DNA of 64,000 nucleotides from positions 160,001-224,000 of the forward strand of contig JBITAJ010000022.1 of NCBI GenBank assembly GCA_044440125.1, read 5' to 3'. Under the pieces are notes generated by a model that was given only the letters and a program-made list of their open reading frames with translations, did no database searches and was not told the DNA's origin. Shown here one piece after another: positions 51,101 through 59,915 of this stretch (positions are counted from its first letter, which is position 1; every line of letters begins with the position of its first letter). The position numbers were made by a program, and so were the translations under genes. This DNA is from Sedimentisphaeraceae bacterium JB056. Lineage in GTDB: Bacteria; Planctomycetota; Phycisphaerae; Sedimentisphaerales; Sedimentisphaeraceae.

Positions 51101-52648
51101 GACATCATATGATGAGGAAGGAGCAAACAACTCCTGCGTATAATTCCCAAGATACGTCCCGCTTGAATCAAATTCCGAAACATTAAGCATTACATATGAA
51201 TTAGCACCAGAAATCTTTTTAGAAGCGAACGAAATCGTCAATGTATCTTCAGCCGATACTGACAATCTGCTTGAATCTCTATCCAGTCCATGATCACCGC
51301 CACCTGTCGTAACTTCAATTGAAGCGGCTTTTGAACCGGAATAACTGTCTGTTGATATTGTGAAGTTAGCCGCCGCACCGCTAACAGCAAAATAACGCCA
51401 ATCAGTAAAATCAGACTCAAAACCATTATTTGATACAGTCAATAAAGGATTAGCAATAGCAACTACATCATCAATCAAGTAGTTACCTGTAGTCTTAACA
51501 CCTGAGGAATCAGTAACTCTGAAACCAATATTAACTTGTGTAGTCTGCGAATTTTTAATACTGCACTTCAATTCAAATTTATCGTAACCGGTAGTAACAG
51601 GATTGAAAAGCTCGTCTGAATATGAACTAAGATAATTGCCGCTTGCATCATATTCAGCAACAGTTAACTGTAGTCTTGTATCACCTGTAGAAATCTTCTT
51701 AGCCGCAAATGATACTTTCAATATATCCTGATAAGACACTGCAAGTTTAGCCGTATCTCTATCCAGTCCATGATCGCCAGAAGAAGCATCTGTAACATTC
51801 AGAGAAGCTGCCTTCGTACCTGAAAAGGCATCTGCAGATATCGAGAATACTGCTTCGCTGCCGCCTACCGCAAATGTACGCCAGTTAGTAAAGTCAGACT
51901 CAAAATCACGATTTGAAACTGCAACTATGTCCTCATAACCCAATGCTCCTATCCGATTCACTCTTGAACCAAGATCATCATCAGCGACAAATTCAGCCCG
52001 GAATTTATCAGCAGTAACAGGTGAAGTAAACGTATTCTCAAGATATTTCAGATTACCAAGAGCTCCGCCGCCGTAAGGCACGGTGATACTTGTATCATAA
52101 ACCAATCTATCATAACCACCGGAAGACTTGAATTTATCAGTCAAATCTTCTATGACTGCAAATTGAGGACCGGAAGTGTCATTAACAAGATAATTATACA
52201 TCGAACCCGGCGTATAATCTTTTCTCACCGCAATAGCATTCTCTATCGCAGCGGCCGTCGTAGCAACAAGACTCGTCGAAATCACACCATCAGCACTATC
52301 GCCATCATACAATATAACGCCATCTATCTCATCTTCAAATAACTCAATCAGCTCATCAAGACCAGAAACTTCATAAACCGGCCAATTCTCGCATAGCCCA
52401 TCAGGCTCTACGAGACGTCCAAGCCATAAGTCATCACCACTTTGACAGGTGAGAAAGATACGCGGCGCATCCCTGTTAACCAGCCCCTGCACACAAACCG
52501 CTGTATGAAATGCATCATATTTTTGAGTATAACTCATTGTAGAAGTAACACTCGACAAATCTAAGTGATAGATTGTCGGATACGTGCCTGCAAAAAGGCA
52601 ACCTGTTAAAACTAAAGAAGTAACCAATAACAACCAACTCTTCTTCAT
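48182..52648 (-). CDS. Secreted multimodular GxGYxYP-family protein with inserted CBM4-like pair, NBR1-like Ig domain and two bulb-type mannose-lectin domains
   Basis: ATG at 52648 follows AAGGAG; QGLVNRDAPR, MGDYD, GDSGAGYLNP; VRNDG..TW; four MQxDGNLxxY motifs. Confidence 0.8.
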   Translation of the reverse strand: MKKSWLLLVTSLVLTGCLFAGTYPTIYHLDLSSVTSTMSYTQKYDAFHTAVCVQGLVNRDAPRIFLTCQSGDDLWLGRLVEPDGLCENWPVYEVSGLDELIELFEDEIDGVILYDGDSADGVISTSLVATTAAAIENAIAVRKDYTPGSMYNYLVNDTSGPQFAVIEDLTDKFKSSGGYDRLVYDTSITVPYGGGALGNLKYLENTFTSPVTADKFRAEFVADDDLGSRVNRIGALGYEDIVAVSNRDFESDFTNWRTFAVGGSEAVFSISADAFSGTKAASLNVTDASSGDHGLDRDTAKLAVSYQDILKVSFAAKKISTGDTRLQLTVAEYDASGNYLSSYSDELFNPVTTGYDKFELKCSIKNSQTTQVNIGFRVTDSSGVKTTGNYLIDDVVAIANPLLTVSNNGFESDFTDWRYFAVSGAAANFTISTDSYSGSKAASIEVTTGGGDHGLDRDSSRLSVSAEDTLTISFASKKISGANSYVMLNVSEFDSSGTYLGNYTQELFAPSSSYDVYTHQHHIANSDTAYVNIAFRITDASLARIQGEYLIDDVQVNVESHPVLWDSTSVTVSSSSPDISGYGIANAFTGDDYSSKTIFQSGNDRLYTVEWSCSSDVTLYSVYFMLEHDNSATYDRAVNHFTLKADTVNSSKVWQTSVASTGSAKCDAYIWAVENYLSQGLCDPTTLSYTLDLWGCSSSISLKNQLSNLDYAIMKKGFCFELSPWGDEAPNDDTSQTVGTDLDTFKTIIDECNTQTGKTEMIKVCGFPNWDQKYTSEVGGSHDPVPTEWEFAELLSAYNAYMEGDALSLSYVSNCSFYNGLNPAVKARRHIQNPAPTYDDMVSRGLIDSNGNVVAGNYILMYMGDYDQASWTLYWLAGDRYDDSNRGNLACSWALTPNTSDRVSVAYEYMYRNKTDRDYFIAGDSGAGYLNPGLLHGTRAPSYYPSAVSIWQKHCKEYYRQWDYSITGWLLNGNAPTMTTTDAANYQCFSPDGIGMGIDTNTSYQFLSGNSPAITRSGPDNPDELSDMINYSSGVHFAWYRTILYSPTGLKTLQDSCASSGNNHQFLDAYTFYYLLRYYLGGNNNYRATWVNDTVPRVLANGDTYNATVTVRNDGWDTWSESNNYRLSYAIVPKGTEPDGSDYDANGRFYITGTVAPGESYDFSVSIDSPTTNGNYDIYIDMVRDGVTWFRSANNIEWRGDVIVATDQDDIDTDGDGFSDMQEIRRETLYWHPDDDPREEVVIGNNEYLTDGQYVVAADSESFVYMQGDGNLAVYKGSSPANNQGLIWSSDSSDTTDDYYLKMQNDGNLVIYRGVYPQNLGVLWTSYTSDATDTYYLTLTTDGVLKAYMGTVGSGEKVWASDDDKIVLFDGEYLEDNYYETSTKSKSFVKMQDDGNLVVYEGSSPYDIQGVIWNSDSAGTTDDYYLKMQDDGNLVIYKGTPPSGNNGVPWQSNTSGTTGDYYLTLSDSGILRIYNGTLRDNILIWDSK

Positions 52649-52782
52649 GACTTGCTCCTTAAAAAATATAGTACCAAACAACTTAAAAGTGTCTTTTGTT
52701 GTTAGAGCAAAGCTGCATATCTTAAACACTAAATACGATCTAACCTTAAATACTGATAATCATGAATACTTTATCAGTCGAT

Positions 52783-54747
52783 TTATTCAGCATCTTCATA
52801 GTAATTTGTCTTTGGAAGGTTTCGATACCAGAACCAGTACATACCAGCTAATGATACAATAAATATAGTAAGAGTGACAAAGAAACTATTATATGACTTA
52901 ACCATCAACTGCATCGGAAGCAGGAAAAGCGTTATCTGCCATCCAAGAGCAAAAGGAAGAGAGACAATATCATTAAAATGTTCTTTCTTAATCTTCACTC
53001 TCTCTTTTTCATTGAAGAGATTGATATACTTGCCCCAGAAACCAAACGGACGTGTTGTGCGATAGAAGTTTTCTACTATTTCATCATCTGTCGGTTTGGT
53101 AAGGAAAGTTCCAATTATCGACCCAACAAGGCCGATAGCAAGCATCACAACAAACTGCATTCTTTCATCCATAGCAGGATAAGCCAACCTCTGCACCACG
53201 GCACCAATCATTCCTGCCGCCGTACCTATCGCAAAACCACCGCCATTAAATCGCCACCAATAAAGTCTTAGGATACCTGGAATGAGCAAACCGCCGCCAA
53301 AACTCATTACAATCCAACCCCATATATCGTTGATACTCTCAACAGAATATGCAAAAAGAAATCCAAGAACAACTATAACGACAATAAACGCCCAGCTAAG
53401 AGATATCAATTCTCTATTGCTTGCTTTAGGTCTTATGTATCGCTGGTAGATATCGTTGGTGAAGAAACCTGTAGCCATATTTACTGTTGTATCGAAAGTT
53501 GACATACAAGCCGCTAAGAGAGCTACAAGAATCATACCTCTGAGCCCCATAGGGATTGTCATCATAACAACTGAAGGTAATATACGCTCAGGATTAACAG
53601 TACCATCAAAACTGATAAGATGCAGTTTTGAAATCCACTGCGAACCAAGCATATTTTTTAATCCCTCGACAAGCTCTGTAGGATATTGAAGAGGATTGTT
53701 TATAATACCGCTTATCACAGTAGCCCACTCACTTTTTGCGATCTCTCCGCAATGCGTTTTTATAAGCATAGCAGCCTCTGCCATAACCGTCTGATCGGGA
53801 AACAAATCTTTGACAAGAAAAATACCGAGTATTGCGTAGGCAAGCATCATTGGCCACCGGAACATAACGCAAAATATCGTCAAGAATGTCAGCGTGCCGC
53901 ATTCCCTGTCATTCTTAGCTCCAAAATATTTAGGCTCTGCTCCTCCACCCATGCCGCCGAAAATATTCCTAAGTAGGTAAAACATCGCAAACATCATAAG
54001 ATGACTATAACATTCATAGCCTGCCGGCATATCTGTCTTCCAGTGCGGAGCAGAAGATATCCACTGGTTATTGCCTGTAACATCAGCCGCTATAGCTGCG
54101 AGAGACTGCTGATCAGTAACCTTATTGAAAGCCATCATGGTAAGAAGTATTACCGATATTATTACAATTCCCGACTGGAATATATCCGTAAACACTACGC
54201 CGTAAAAGCCCGATGCCATAGTATAAATAGAAGCAACGGCAATGAGAATCAAAGCACAAGTGAAAGGACTGAAAGGAAGAAACATTGAGAGAAACAGTCC
54301 GATTCCTTTTATCATATACGCAAGCATACCAACTGTTGAAAGAATAGCGGCTACTGCTGAAATGATTCTGGCGAACTGTCCGCCAAAGCCATTACCAAAA
54401 CGGAAGGCCATCCATTGAGCTCCTGTAATACACTGGCTTCTTCTATGCCATTTTCCAACCCAAAGCAAAGCGACAGCCGCAACAAGCACAGCTCCGCCTC
54501 GGAACTCAATAAACAACCCGCGAGGGCCAAGCATAAACAGGAAAGATGTTATTATCATTGTTCCTGTAACATCAAGCCAACTCGCCATACCGGAAATACC
54601 CAATGCCCACCAAGGCAGACTGCGGCCGCCGATAAAATAATCTTCCATGCTCGCAGAAGCCTTCTTCTGCAAGTAGACGCCCATACCTATCAAGATGCTG
54701 AAATAAATTACAATAACCGTATAGTCAACGTTGTTGAGATAATTCAA
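52783..54747 (-). CDS. Sodium:solute symporter (SSS), probable sugar or oligosaccharide importer
   Basis: DYFIGGRSLPWW, GVVFTDIFQ, LAACMST, YWWRFN. Confidence 0.9.
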   Translation of the reverse strand: MNYLNNVDYTVIVIYFSILIGMGVYLQKKASASMEDYFIGGRSLPWWALGISGMASWLDVTGTMIITSFLFMLGPRGLFIEFRGGAVLVAAVALLWVGKWHRRSQCITGAQWMAFRFGNGFGGQFARIISAVAAILSTVGMLAYMIKGIGLFLSMFLPFSPFTCALILIAVASIYTMASGFYGVVFTDIFQSGIVIISVILLTMMAFNKVTDQQSLAAIAADVTGNNQWISSAPHWKTDMPAGYECYSHLMMFAMFYLLRNIFGGMGGGAEPKYFGAKNDRECGTLTFLTIFCVMFRWPMMLAYAILGIFLVKDLFPDQTVMAEAAMLIKTHCGEIAKSEWATVISGIINNPLQYPTELVEGLKNMLGSQWISKLHLISFDGTVNPERILPSVVMMTIPMGLRGMILVALLAACMSTFDTTVNMATGFFTNDIYQRYIRPKASNRELISLSWAFIVVIVVLGFLFAYSVESINDIWGWIVMSFGGGLLIPGILRLYWWRFNGGGFAIGTAAGMIGAVVQRLAYPAMDERMQFVVMLAIGLVGSIIGTFLTKPTDDEIVENFYRTTRPFGFWGKYINLFNEKERVKIKKEHFNDIVSLPFALGWQITLFLLPMQLMVKSYNSFFVTLTIFIVSLAGMYWFWYRNLPKTNYYEDAE

Positions 54748-54847
54748 AATTCACCTGCTATATATCTGTAGATTATTAATAAGATTTTGACTCCAATGCC
54801 AAACACATTGGCAACTGAGATAAGATGTCCAACTACTTCTAATTGAA

Positions 54848-56371
54848 CTATTCTGTCGGATACCTGCCCTGCCACGACATATAATCAATAGTATCAAGAC
54901 ACGGAGTATTTTCATCCCACGCTATCAACTTCTCTCTTAATTCTTTCGCCAACTCAGTCTGAACATTCTGATCAACCAGATTGTTCTGCTGGTACTGATC
55001 TTTCGTTAAATCGTAAAACAAATGCTTATCATTTTCGATTCCCTTCTTCTTATCCAGACGCATTTCTACACCATACAAATGCGTTGGAGTACGAATGCCA
55101 AGCTCCGCAAACGGAGTTTCAATAAATGCATAATTATTTTCCAGACACTCCTTCTCAGCAGTTCCCAAAAGAAAAGACGCCATACTTCTTCCCTGAACCG
55201 AACCGGGTATTTCGCCTCCACATAACTCAAGCAATGTCGGCATAACATCTATCAAAGAAGTAATCTGCTTGTCGTTAGTATCATGTTTAACGGCAGCCAG
55301 CCATCTGTATATCATAGGCACACGTATCGCCTCTTCATAAAGGCAATCTTTATTCCATCTGTGATGACTGCCCAGCATATCGCCATGATCTGAAACAAAT
55401 AATACAATCGTATCCTCTTCAAGCCCGTTTTCTTTCAATGACTTCAAAACCTCTCCCACGATGTCATCAACCCAGCTTACGGCACCATAATATAAGGCTG
55501 TAAGATCTTTAACCGTAAAATCAGGAGTAGCTTTTGCCGTTATCGGCTTTGTCTCCGCGTTATAGAAAGTCTGCCACATGTAGATATTGAACCACACCTC
55601 ACTGACACCAAGCTTGCCATCTTTCCACACATTATCCCTTAGAGGCACTCTATCAGGATTGTACATGTGTGAATATTTGTAAGGCACATCAAGCAAAGGC
55701 ATATGAGGAGCTATTATATTGTAATAGAGAAAAAACGGCTGCTCTTTATTATCACTGAAAAAAGTTCTTGCACTACTGATTTCGTAATCAGGACTAAATC
55801 CCTGCACTCTGAATTCTTCGCCCTCATTCTCAAAAAAACTCGCCCGGCTGAAGATATCGCCTGCAATAAGACTTTCATCAAAACCAAACAGCGAAGGCCG
55901 CGTATCAACGTGCCATTTTCCAATAAGAGATGTTTTGTAACCAAGCTTCTTAAATTCTTCAGGCAGTGTTGAATCTGGGAACTTACTTCTGTCACTTCTG
56001 CCGAAATGCATATTTTCTGTCATTTCGTTACATCTTGATCCAACACATGTTCGTGCATACTGCCCTGAAAGCAAATTCGAACGACCCGGTACACAAACAG
56101 GGCTATTCGTAACTGCCTGCCCGAAAAGAAAACCTTCCTTTGCAAGCTTGTCAATATTAGGTGTTTTGATAGATTTATTACCATAACAGCCAAGAGAAAA
56201 ACTTCTCAACTGATCACAGCATATTAAAACAACATTGGGCTTTTTTCTGTTATTCATTCCTTTTACAGGCTCTTTCACCGTTTCTGCATGTGCAAAGGTA
56301 TTCATTGAACTAAGAGTTAGAGCGGCACCGGCTGTTGACTTCATAAATTGTCGTCTGTGAATATTAGTCAC
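54848..56371 (-). CDS. Tat-exported Cys-type sulfatase
   Basis: RRQF twin-arginine signal; PNVVLICCDQ, CVPGR, GKWH, SDHG. Confidence 0.93.
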   Translation of the reverse strand: MTNIHRRQFMKSTAGAALTLSSMNTFAHAETVKEPVKGMNNRKKPNVVLICCDQLRSFSLGCYGNKSIKTPNIDKLAKEGFLFGQAVTNSPVCVPGRSNLLSGQYARTCVGSRCNEMTENMHFGRSDRSKFPDSTLPEEFKKLGYKTSLIGKWHVDTRPSLFGFDESLIAGDIFSRASFFENEGEEFRVQGFSPDYEISSARTFFSDNKEQPFFLYYNIIAPHMPLLDVPYKYSHMYNPDRVPLRDNVWKDGKLGVSEVWFNIYMWQTFYNAETKPITAKATPDFTVKDLTALYYGAVSWVDDIVGEVLKSLKENGLEEDTIVLFVSDHGDMLGSHHRWNKDCLYEEAIRVPMIYRWLAAVKHDTNDKQITSLIDVMPTLLELCGGEIPGSVQGRSMASFLLGTAEKECLENNYAFIETPFAELGIRTPTHLYGVEMRLDKKKGIENDKHLFYDLTKDQYQQNNLVDQNVQTELAKELREKLIAWDENTPCLDTIDYMSWQGRYPTE

Positions 56372-56424
56372 ATCTTTCTCCGTAAATAATCTCTCGAACT
56401 TATCAACAACAGAAGAAACGAATC

Positions 56425-57258
56425 TTACCAGAAAGTAGTATCATTACCAGTTGAAGGCCTGTTACCTACAGAAAATACCTGCCTTACATCTTCATCGCAC
56501 TGGTTCATCAATTCTACATCAAAATCGGAACCCTTTTTCCATTCGACAGCCCCATCACCATAAAGCTCACTGGCACCGGCAATATCAGGTTCTCCGGTAA
56601 CAACATTTTTACCAAATCTATCATCATGAACAGAACTGCTGTTGTTACCATGGTTATACCACCATGAGCCATCAACTCTCCATCGGTAAATATTATCCGC
56701 CATCAGCAATTTGTCACTTGATAAATTCTTTGCAGTAAGTTCCTGAGGCTCTGTGGAGTAATCACTCCATTTATCAGCTCTGGCAAAATATGAATAACAT
56801 ATTGGAAACCATATATTATTAAGCTGATCAGGAGAAGCATTCTTATATCCTGACCACAGATCAAAAAGCTTTTCAGCATCAATAGAGCTTTCAGGACATA
56901 TCCATGCGGGGCTCATCTCTTCCCTGTCAAGATCAAACCCCGGCAAATAAGGCGCAATAGCTTCCATATTCATCTGGCCTTCCCAGGGAGTAGCGTTGTT
57001 TGCAACAAGAAGCATAGCACCGGGAACAATTCCACCAAGCTTACCTTGTGGTCTATATGAGCTTAACAACTTTGAGTTATTATCCGAAGAATGCGATGTT
57101 ATAGCAATACCCCAGTTGTGAAGATTAGACGAGCATATAGCTCTTTTTGCTTGCTTGCGTACCTTTGTCAGTGCCGGCATAAGTATGCTCATAAGCACTG
57201 CTATGATTGATATTACAACCAACAGTTCTATCAATGTGAAAGCTTTATTCTTTTTCAT
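56425..57258 (-). CDS. Prepilin-type N-terminal cleavage/methylation protein (DUF1559-like)
   Basis: [26 protein letters not shown]...C.SNL; C-terminal YGDGAVEW. Confidence 0.9.
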   Translation of the reverse strand: MKKNKAFTLIELLVVISIIAVLMSILMPALTKVRKQAKRAICSSNLHNWGIAITSHSSDNNSKLLSSYRPQGKLGGIVPGAMLLVANNATPWEGQMNMEAIAPYLPGFDLDREEMSPAWICPESSIDAEKLFDLWSGYKNASPDQLNNIWFPICYSYFARADKWSDYSTEPQELTAKNLSSDKLLMADNIYRWRVDGSWWYNHGNNSSSVHDDRFGKNVVTGEPDIAGASELYGDGAVEWKKGSDFDVELMNQCDEDVRQVFSVGNRPSTGNDTTFW

Positions 57259-57283
57259 AATTAAACCTCATTAATTAGTGTTT

Positions 57284-59803
57284 TTAATCTTGCCAACATT
57301 CAATATTTTCAGGATCATTGCACGAAAGCCATTGGCCGGCAATAATCATATAATCATTAAAATCAATAACCCCCTCGGCGTCTGAGCTAAGCCACAGAGA
57401 TGCCAATTTCCTCAAGTCATAAATATCGATATAACAATCTGCTATACCTTCAACGCCGCTTATATCAGCAATCATGTAGCCGACATCACCGCAACTTCCG
57501 TCAAACGGATACCAAGGCAGCAAACCATTATTCATCTCAACTATATCACAGATACCATCATTATCAGTGTCAACAGAATATTTGTCTGCAACAACTTTAA
57601 CCGGCATCTTCCATTCAAGATTATTCCTCTCACGGAACCATGTTACACCATCCCTGACCAAATCGTAATAGAGATCATAGTCTCCTGCCTGCGACGGTGC
57701 AGCAATATCAACATTGAATGTTACACTCTGACCGGTAGAAACGGTAACACCATTATCAATATAGAATCTGCCTCGTATATCGAAATCACTATGAACCGGC
57801 TCGGTGCCACTGGGAACTATTGCGTAAGCAAACCTGTAATTCAAATCTTCAGACCATGTATCCCATCCATCATTTCTGACAGTTATCTGAGATGGATAAG
57901 TCTGAGATGTTTCAAGAATAGCCGGGATATCATCTCCAACCCATGCAGTTCTATAATCATTGTTACCGCCAAGATAATACCTCAACAGATAATAATAGGT
58001 ATAAGCATCAACAAACTTATAGTCATTACCAAGAGTTGCACACTCATCTTCAAGATCTTTAAGTTTCTGCGGATAAAGCAATATACTTCTGTACCATGCA
58101 AAATTAACACCGCTACCGCTTGTAAGACCTAATGCTGAAGCTGAAATACTGTGATTATAAAGATCGGGTCCATTTCTCTGAATCACTGGCACATTGTCGT
58201 AAACAACAGCATTATCCAGATCATCATTAAAACCGATACCATCACCGCTGAACTTCTTAAATGTATCAACATCTGTCATGCTTAGCGTGCCACTGGCTCC
58301 GTTAAGTATCCATCCGCTTATAGAATAATCGAGCATGCGATAATATTTTTCGCAATGTTTCTTCCATATTTCTCTGCCGTCTGCATAACCCGAAGGCCAC
58401 CTGTCGCCGTACAGCTGGGTAGGCTGAACATAACCGGCACCAGAATCTCCGGCAATAAATACATCTTTATCGCTCTTATTACGATACATATAATCAAAAG
58501 TAACACCAACTCTGTCTATTGAATTTGGAGTAAGTGCCCAACTGCACGGAACCTGCCCTCTTGCAGGATCATCGTAGCGGTCGCCGCCAAGCCAGTAAAG
58601 CATCCATGATGCCTGATCGTAATCACCCATATATATCATTATATAGTTGTTATCAACCACGCTTCCATTGGCATCGATATACCCCTTATCAACCATATCC
58701 TGATAACTTGGCGGACTGTTCTGGATATATCGTCTGGATTTAACAACAGGCTCAAGAGCATTGTAAAATGAAGTATTGCTTACATAGCTAAGCCCCAGTG
58801 CATCGCCTTCCATATAAGAATTATATGCAGTTATCAATTGCACGGTTCTCCATTCAGTAGCAACACCGCCATGACTTCCGCCGACTTCATCAGTATATTT
58901 ATAAGCCCAGTTGTTAAAGCCGCAGAATTTTATCATTTCAGAATAATTATTATTCTGGTTACATTCATCAAGTATTGTCCTAAATGTCTCAAAATCAGTA
59001 CCCAGAGGCTGAGTTGGATCATCATTAGGAATCTCATCCTCCCAAGGAGAGAGTTCGAAGCATACCGCCTTCTCACTGAAGGCATAATCAAGATTTCTTA
59101 ATTGTGCATGATCTATAGCAACCTCTTCCTTCATACCCCAGAGATCCATCGTGTGCACTATTTTAGTAGTATCGAGCTGTCCTGCCTTTACATAGTTTTC
59201 AATAAGCCATATATAGGCATCACATTTCGCACTGCCAGTTGATGCAACAGAAGTACCCCATATAGTACCGCTGCCATTAAATTTACCACTCAAATCCATA
59301 ATAATCGGAAGCTGAGGACTTGTTGAATTACTTATCAGCATCCTATATATGCCGCTTGTAGGCTCATTTCTAAGAGCTATGCAATCCTCTGCAGATGCGG
59401 CTGATGTTGCGACCAAACTCGTAGAAATCACACCTGTATCCGGAGATTTATCATAAAGAATCACACCATCAGCATACTGTGAAAATCTGTCTATATATTC
59501 CGATATATTGTTAATCGTCTGAACATTCCATCCTTCACACAATCCCCCAGTTTCAACCAATCTGTCAAGCCAAAGCTGATCATCATCATCAAACACGAGA
59601 AATACCCTTGGAGCTTCTCTGTTTGCCAATCCCTGCAGTCCTACTGCCATATGAAAAGTATCGTACTGCAGCTCTCTCGACCAGCTATATGCAAATCGAA
59701 GATCCCACTTATAAATCGTAGGCTTATTAACGGCATATCCAATCTGCACCAACAGCAGAGTAATAAATACCATTAAATATTTCTTTGATTTTTCATTAAA
59801 CAT
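57284..59803 (-). CDS. Secreted GxGYxYP-family putative hydrolase with NBR1-like Ig domain and dockerin-like tail
   Basis: LQGLANREAPR, MGDYD, GDSGAGYVQP; close paralog of 48182-52648. Confidence 0.8.
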   Translation of the reverse strand: MFNEKSKKYLMVFITLLLVQIGYAVNKPTIYKWDLRFAYSWSRELQYDTFHMAVGLQGLANREAPRVFLVFDDDDQLWLDRLVETGGLCEGWNVQTINNISEYIDRFSQYADGVILYDKSPDTGVISTSLVATSAASAEDCIALRNEPTSGIYRMLISNSTSPQLPIIMDLSGKFNGSGTIWGTSVASTGSAKCDAYIWLIENYVKAGQLDTTKIVHTMDLWGMKEEVAIDHAQLRNLDYAFSEKAVCFELSPWEDEIPNDDPTQPLGTDFETFRTILDECNQNNNYSEMIKFCGFNNWAYKYTDEVGGSHGGVATEWRTVQLITAYNSYMEGDALGLSYVSNTSFYNALEPVVKSRRYIQNSPPSYQDMVDKGYIDANGSVVDNNYIMIYMGDYDQASWMLYWLGGDRYDDPARGQVPCSWALTPNSIDRVGVTFDYMYRNKSDKDVFIAGDSGAGYVQPTQLYGDRWPSGYADGREIWKKHCEKYYRMLDYSISGWILNGASGTLSMTDVDTFKKFSGDGIGFNDDLDNAVVYDNVPVIQRNGPDLYNHSISASALGLTSGSGVNFAWYRSILLYPQKLKDLEDECATLGNDYKFVDAYTYYYLLRYYLGGNNDYRTAWVGDDIPAILETSQTYPSQITVRNDGWDTWSEDLNYRFAYAIVPSGTEPVHSDFDIRGRFYIDNGVTVSTGQSVTFNVDIAAPSQAGDYDLYYDLVRDGVTWFRERNNLEWKMPVKVVADKYSVDTDNDGICDIVEMNNGLLPWYPFDGSCGDVGYMIADISGVEGIADCYIDIYDLRKLASLWLSSDAEGVIDFNDYMIIAGQWLSCNDPENIECWQD

Positions 59804-59837
59804 ACGACACCATCAAATTATAGTTATTTTTTATTAA

Positions 59838-59896
59838 AGTTCGCAGTTCGCAGTAAAACAACAGCTATAGCCCCTATTTACCACGAACTACGAACT
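59838..59896 (-). repeat. Heptamer-built inverted repeat forming a 20-bp RNA stem
   Basis: AGTTCGTAGTTCGTGGTAAA ... TTTACTGCGAACTGCGAACT; all three mismatches are G-U pairs on the minus strand. Confidence 0.8.
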
Positions 59897-59915
59897 GATT
59901 ATCGATTACTAAATA

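Noticed and set aside
50693..52120. In-frame insert as an intein or mobile element
   Set aside because: No HINT blocks, terminal His-Asn, endonuclease motifs or terminal repeats; the content is carbohydrate-binding modules
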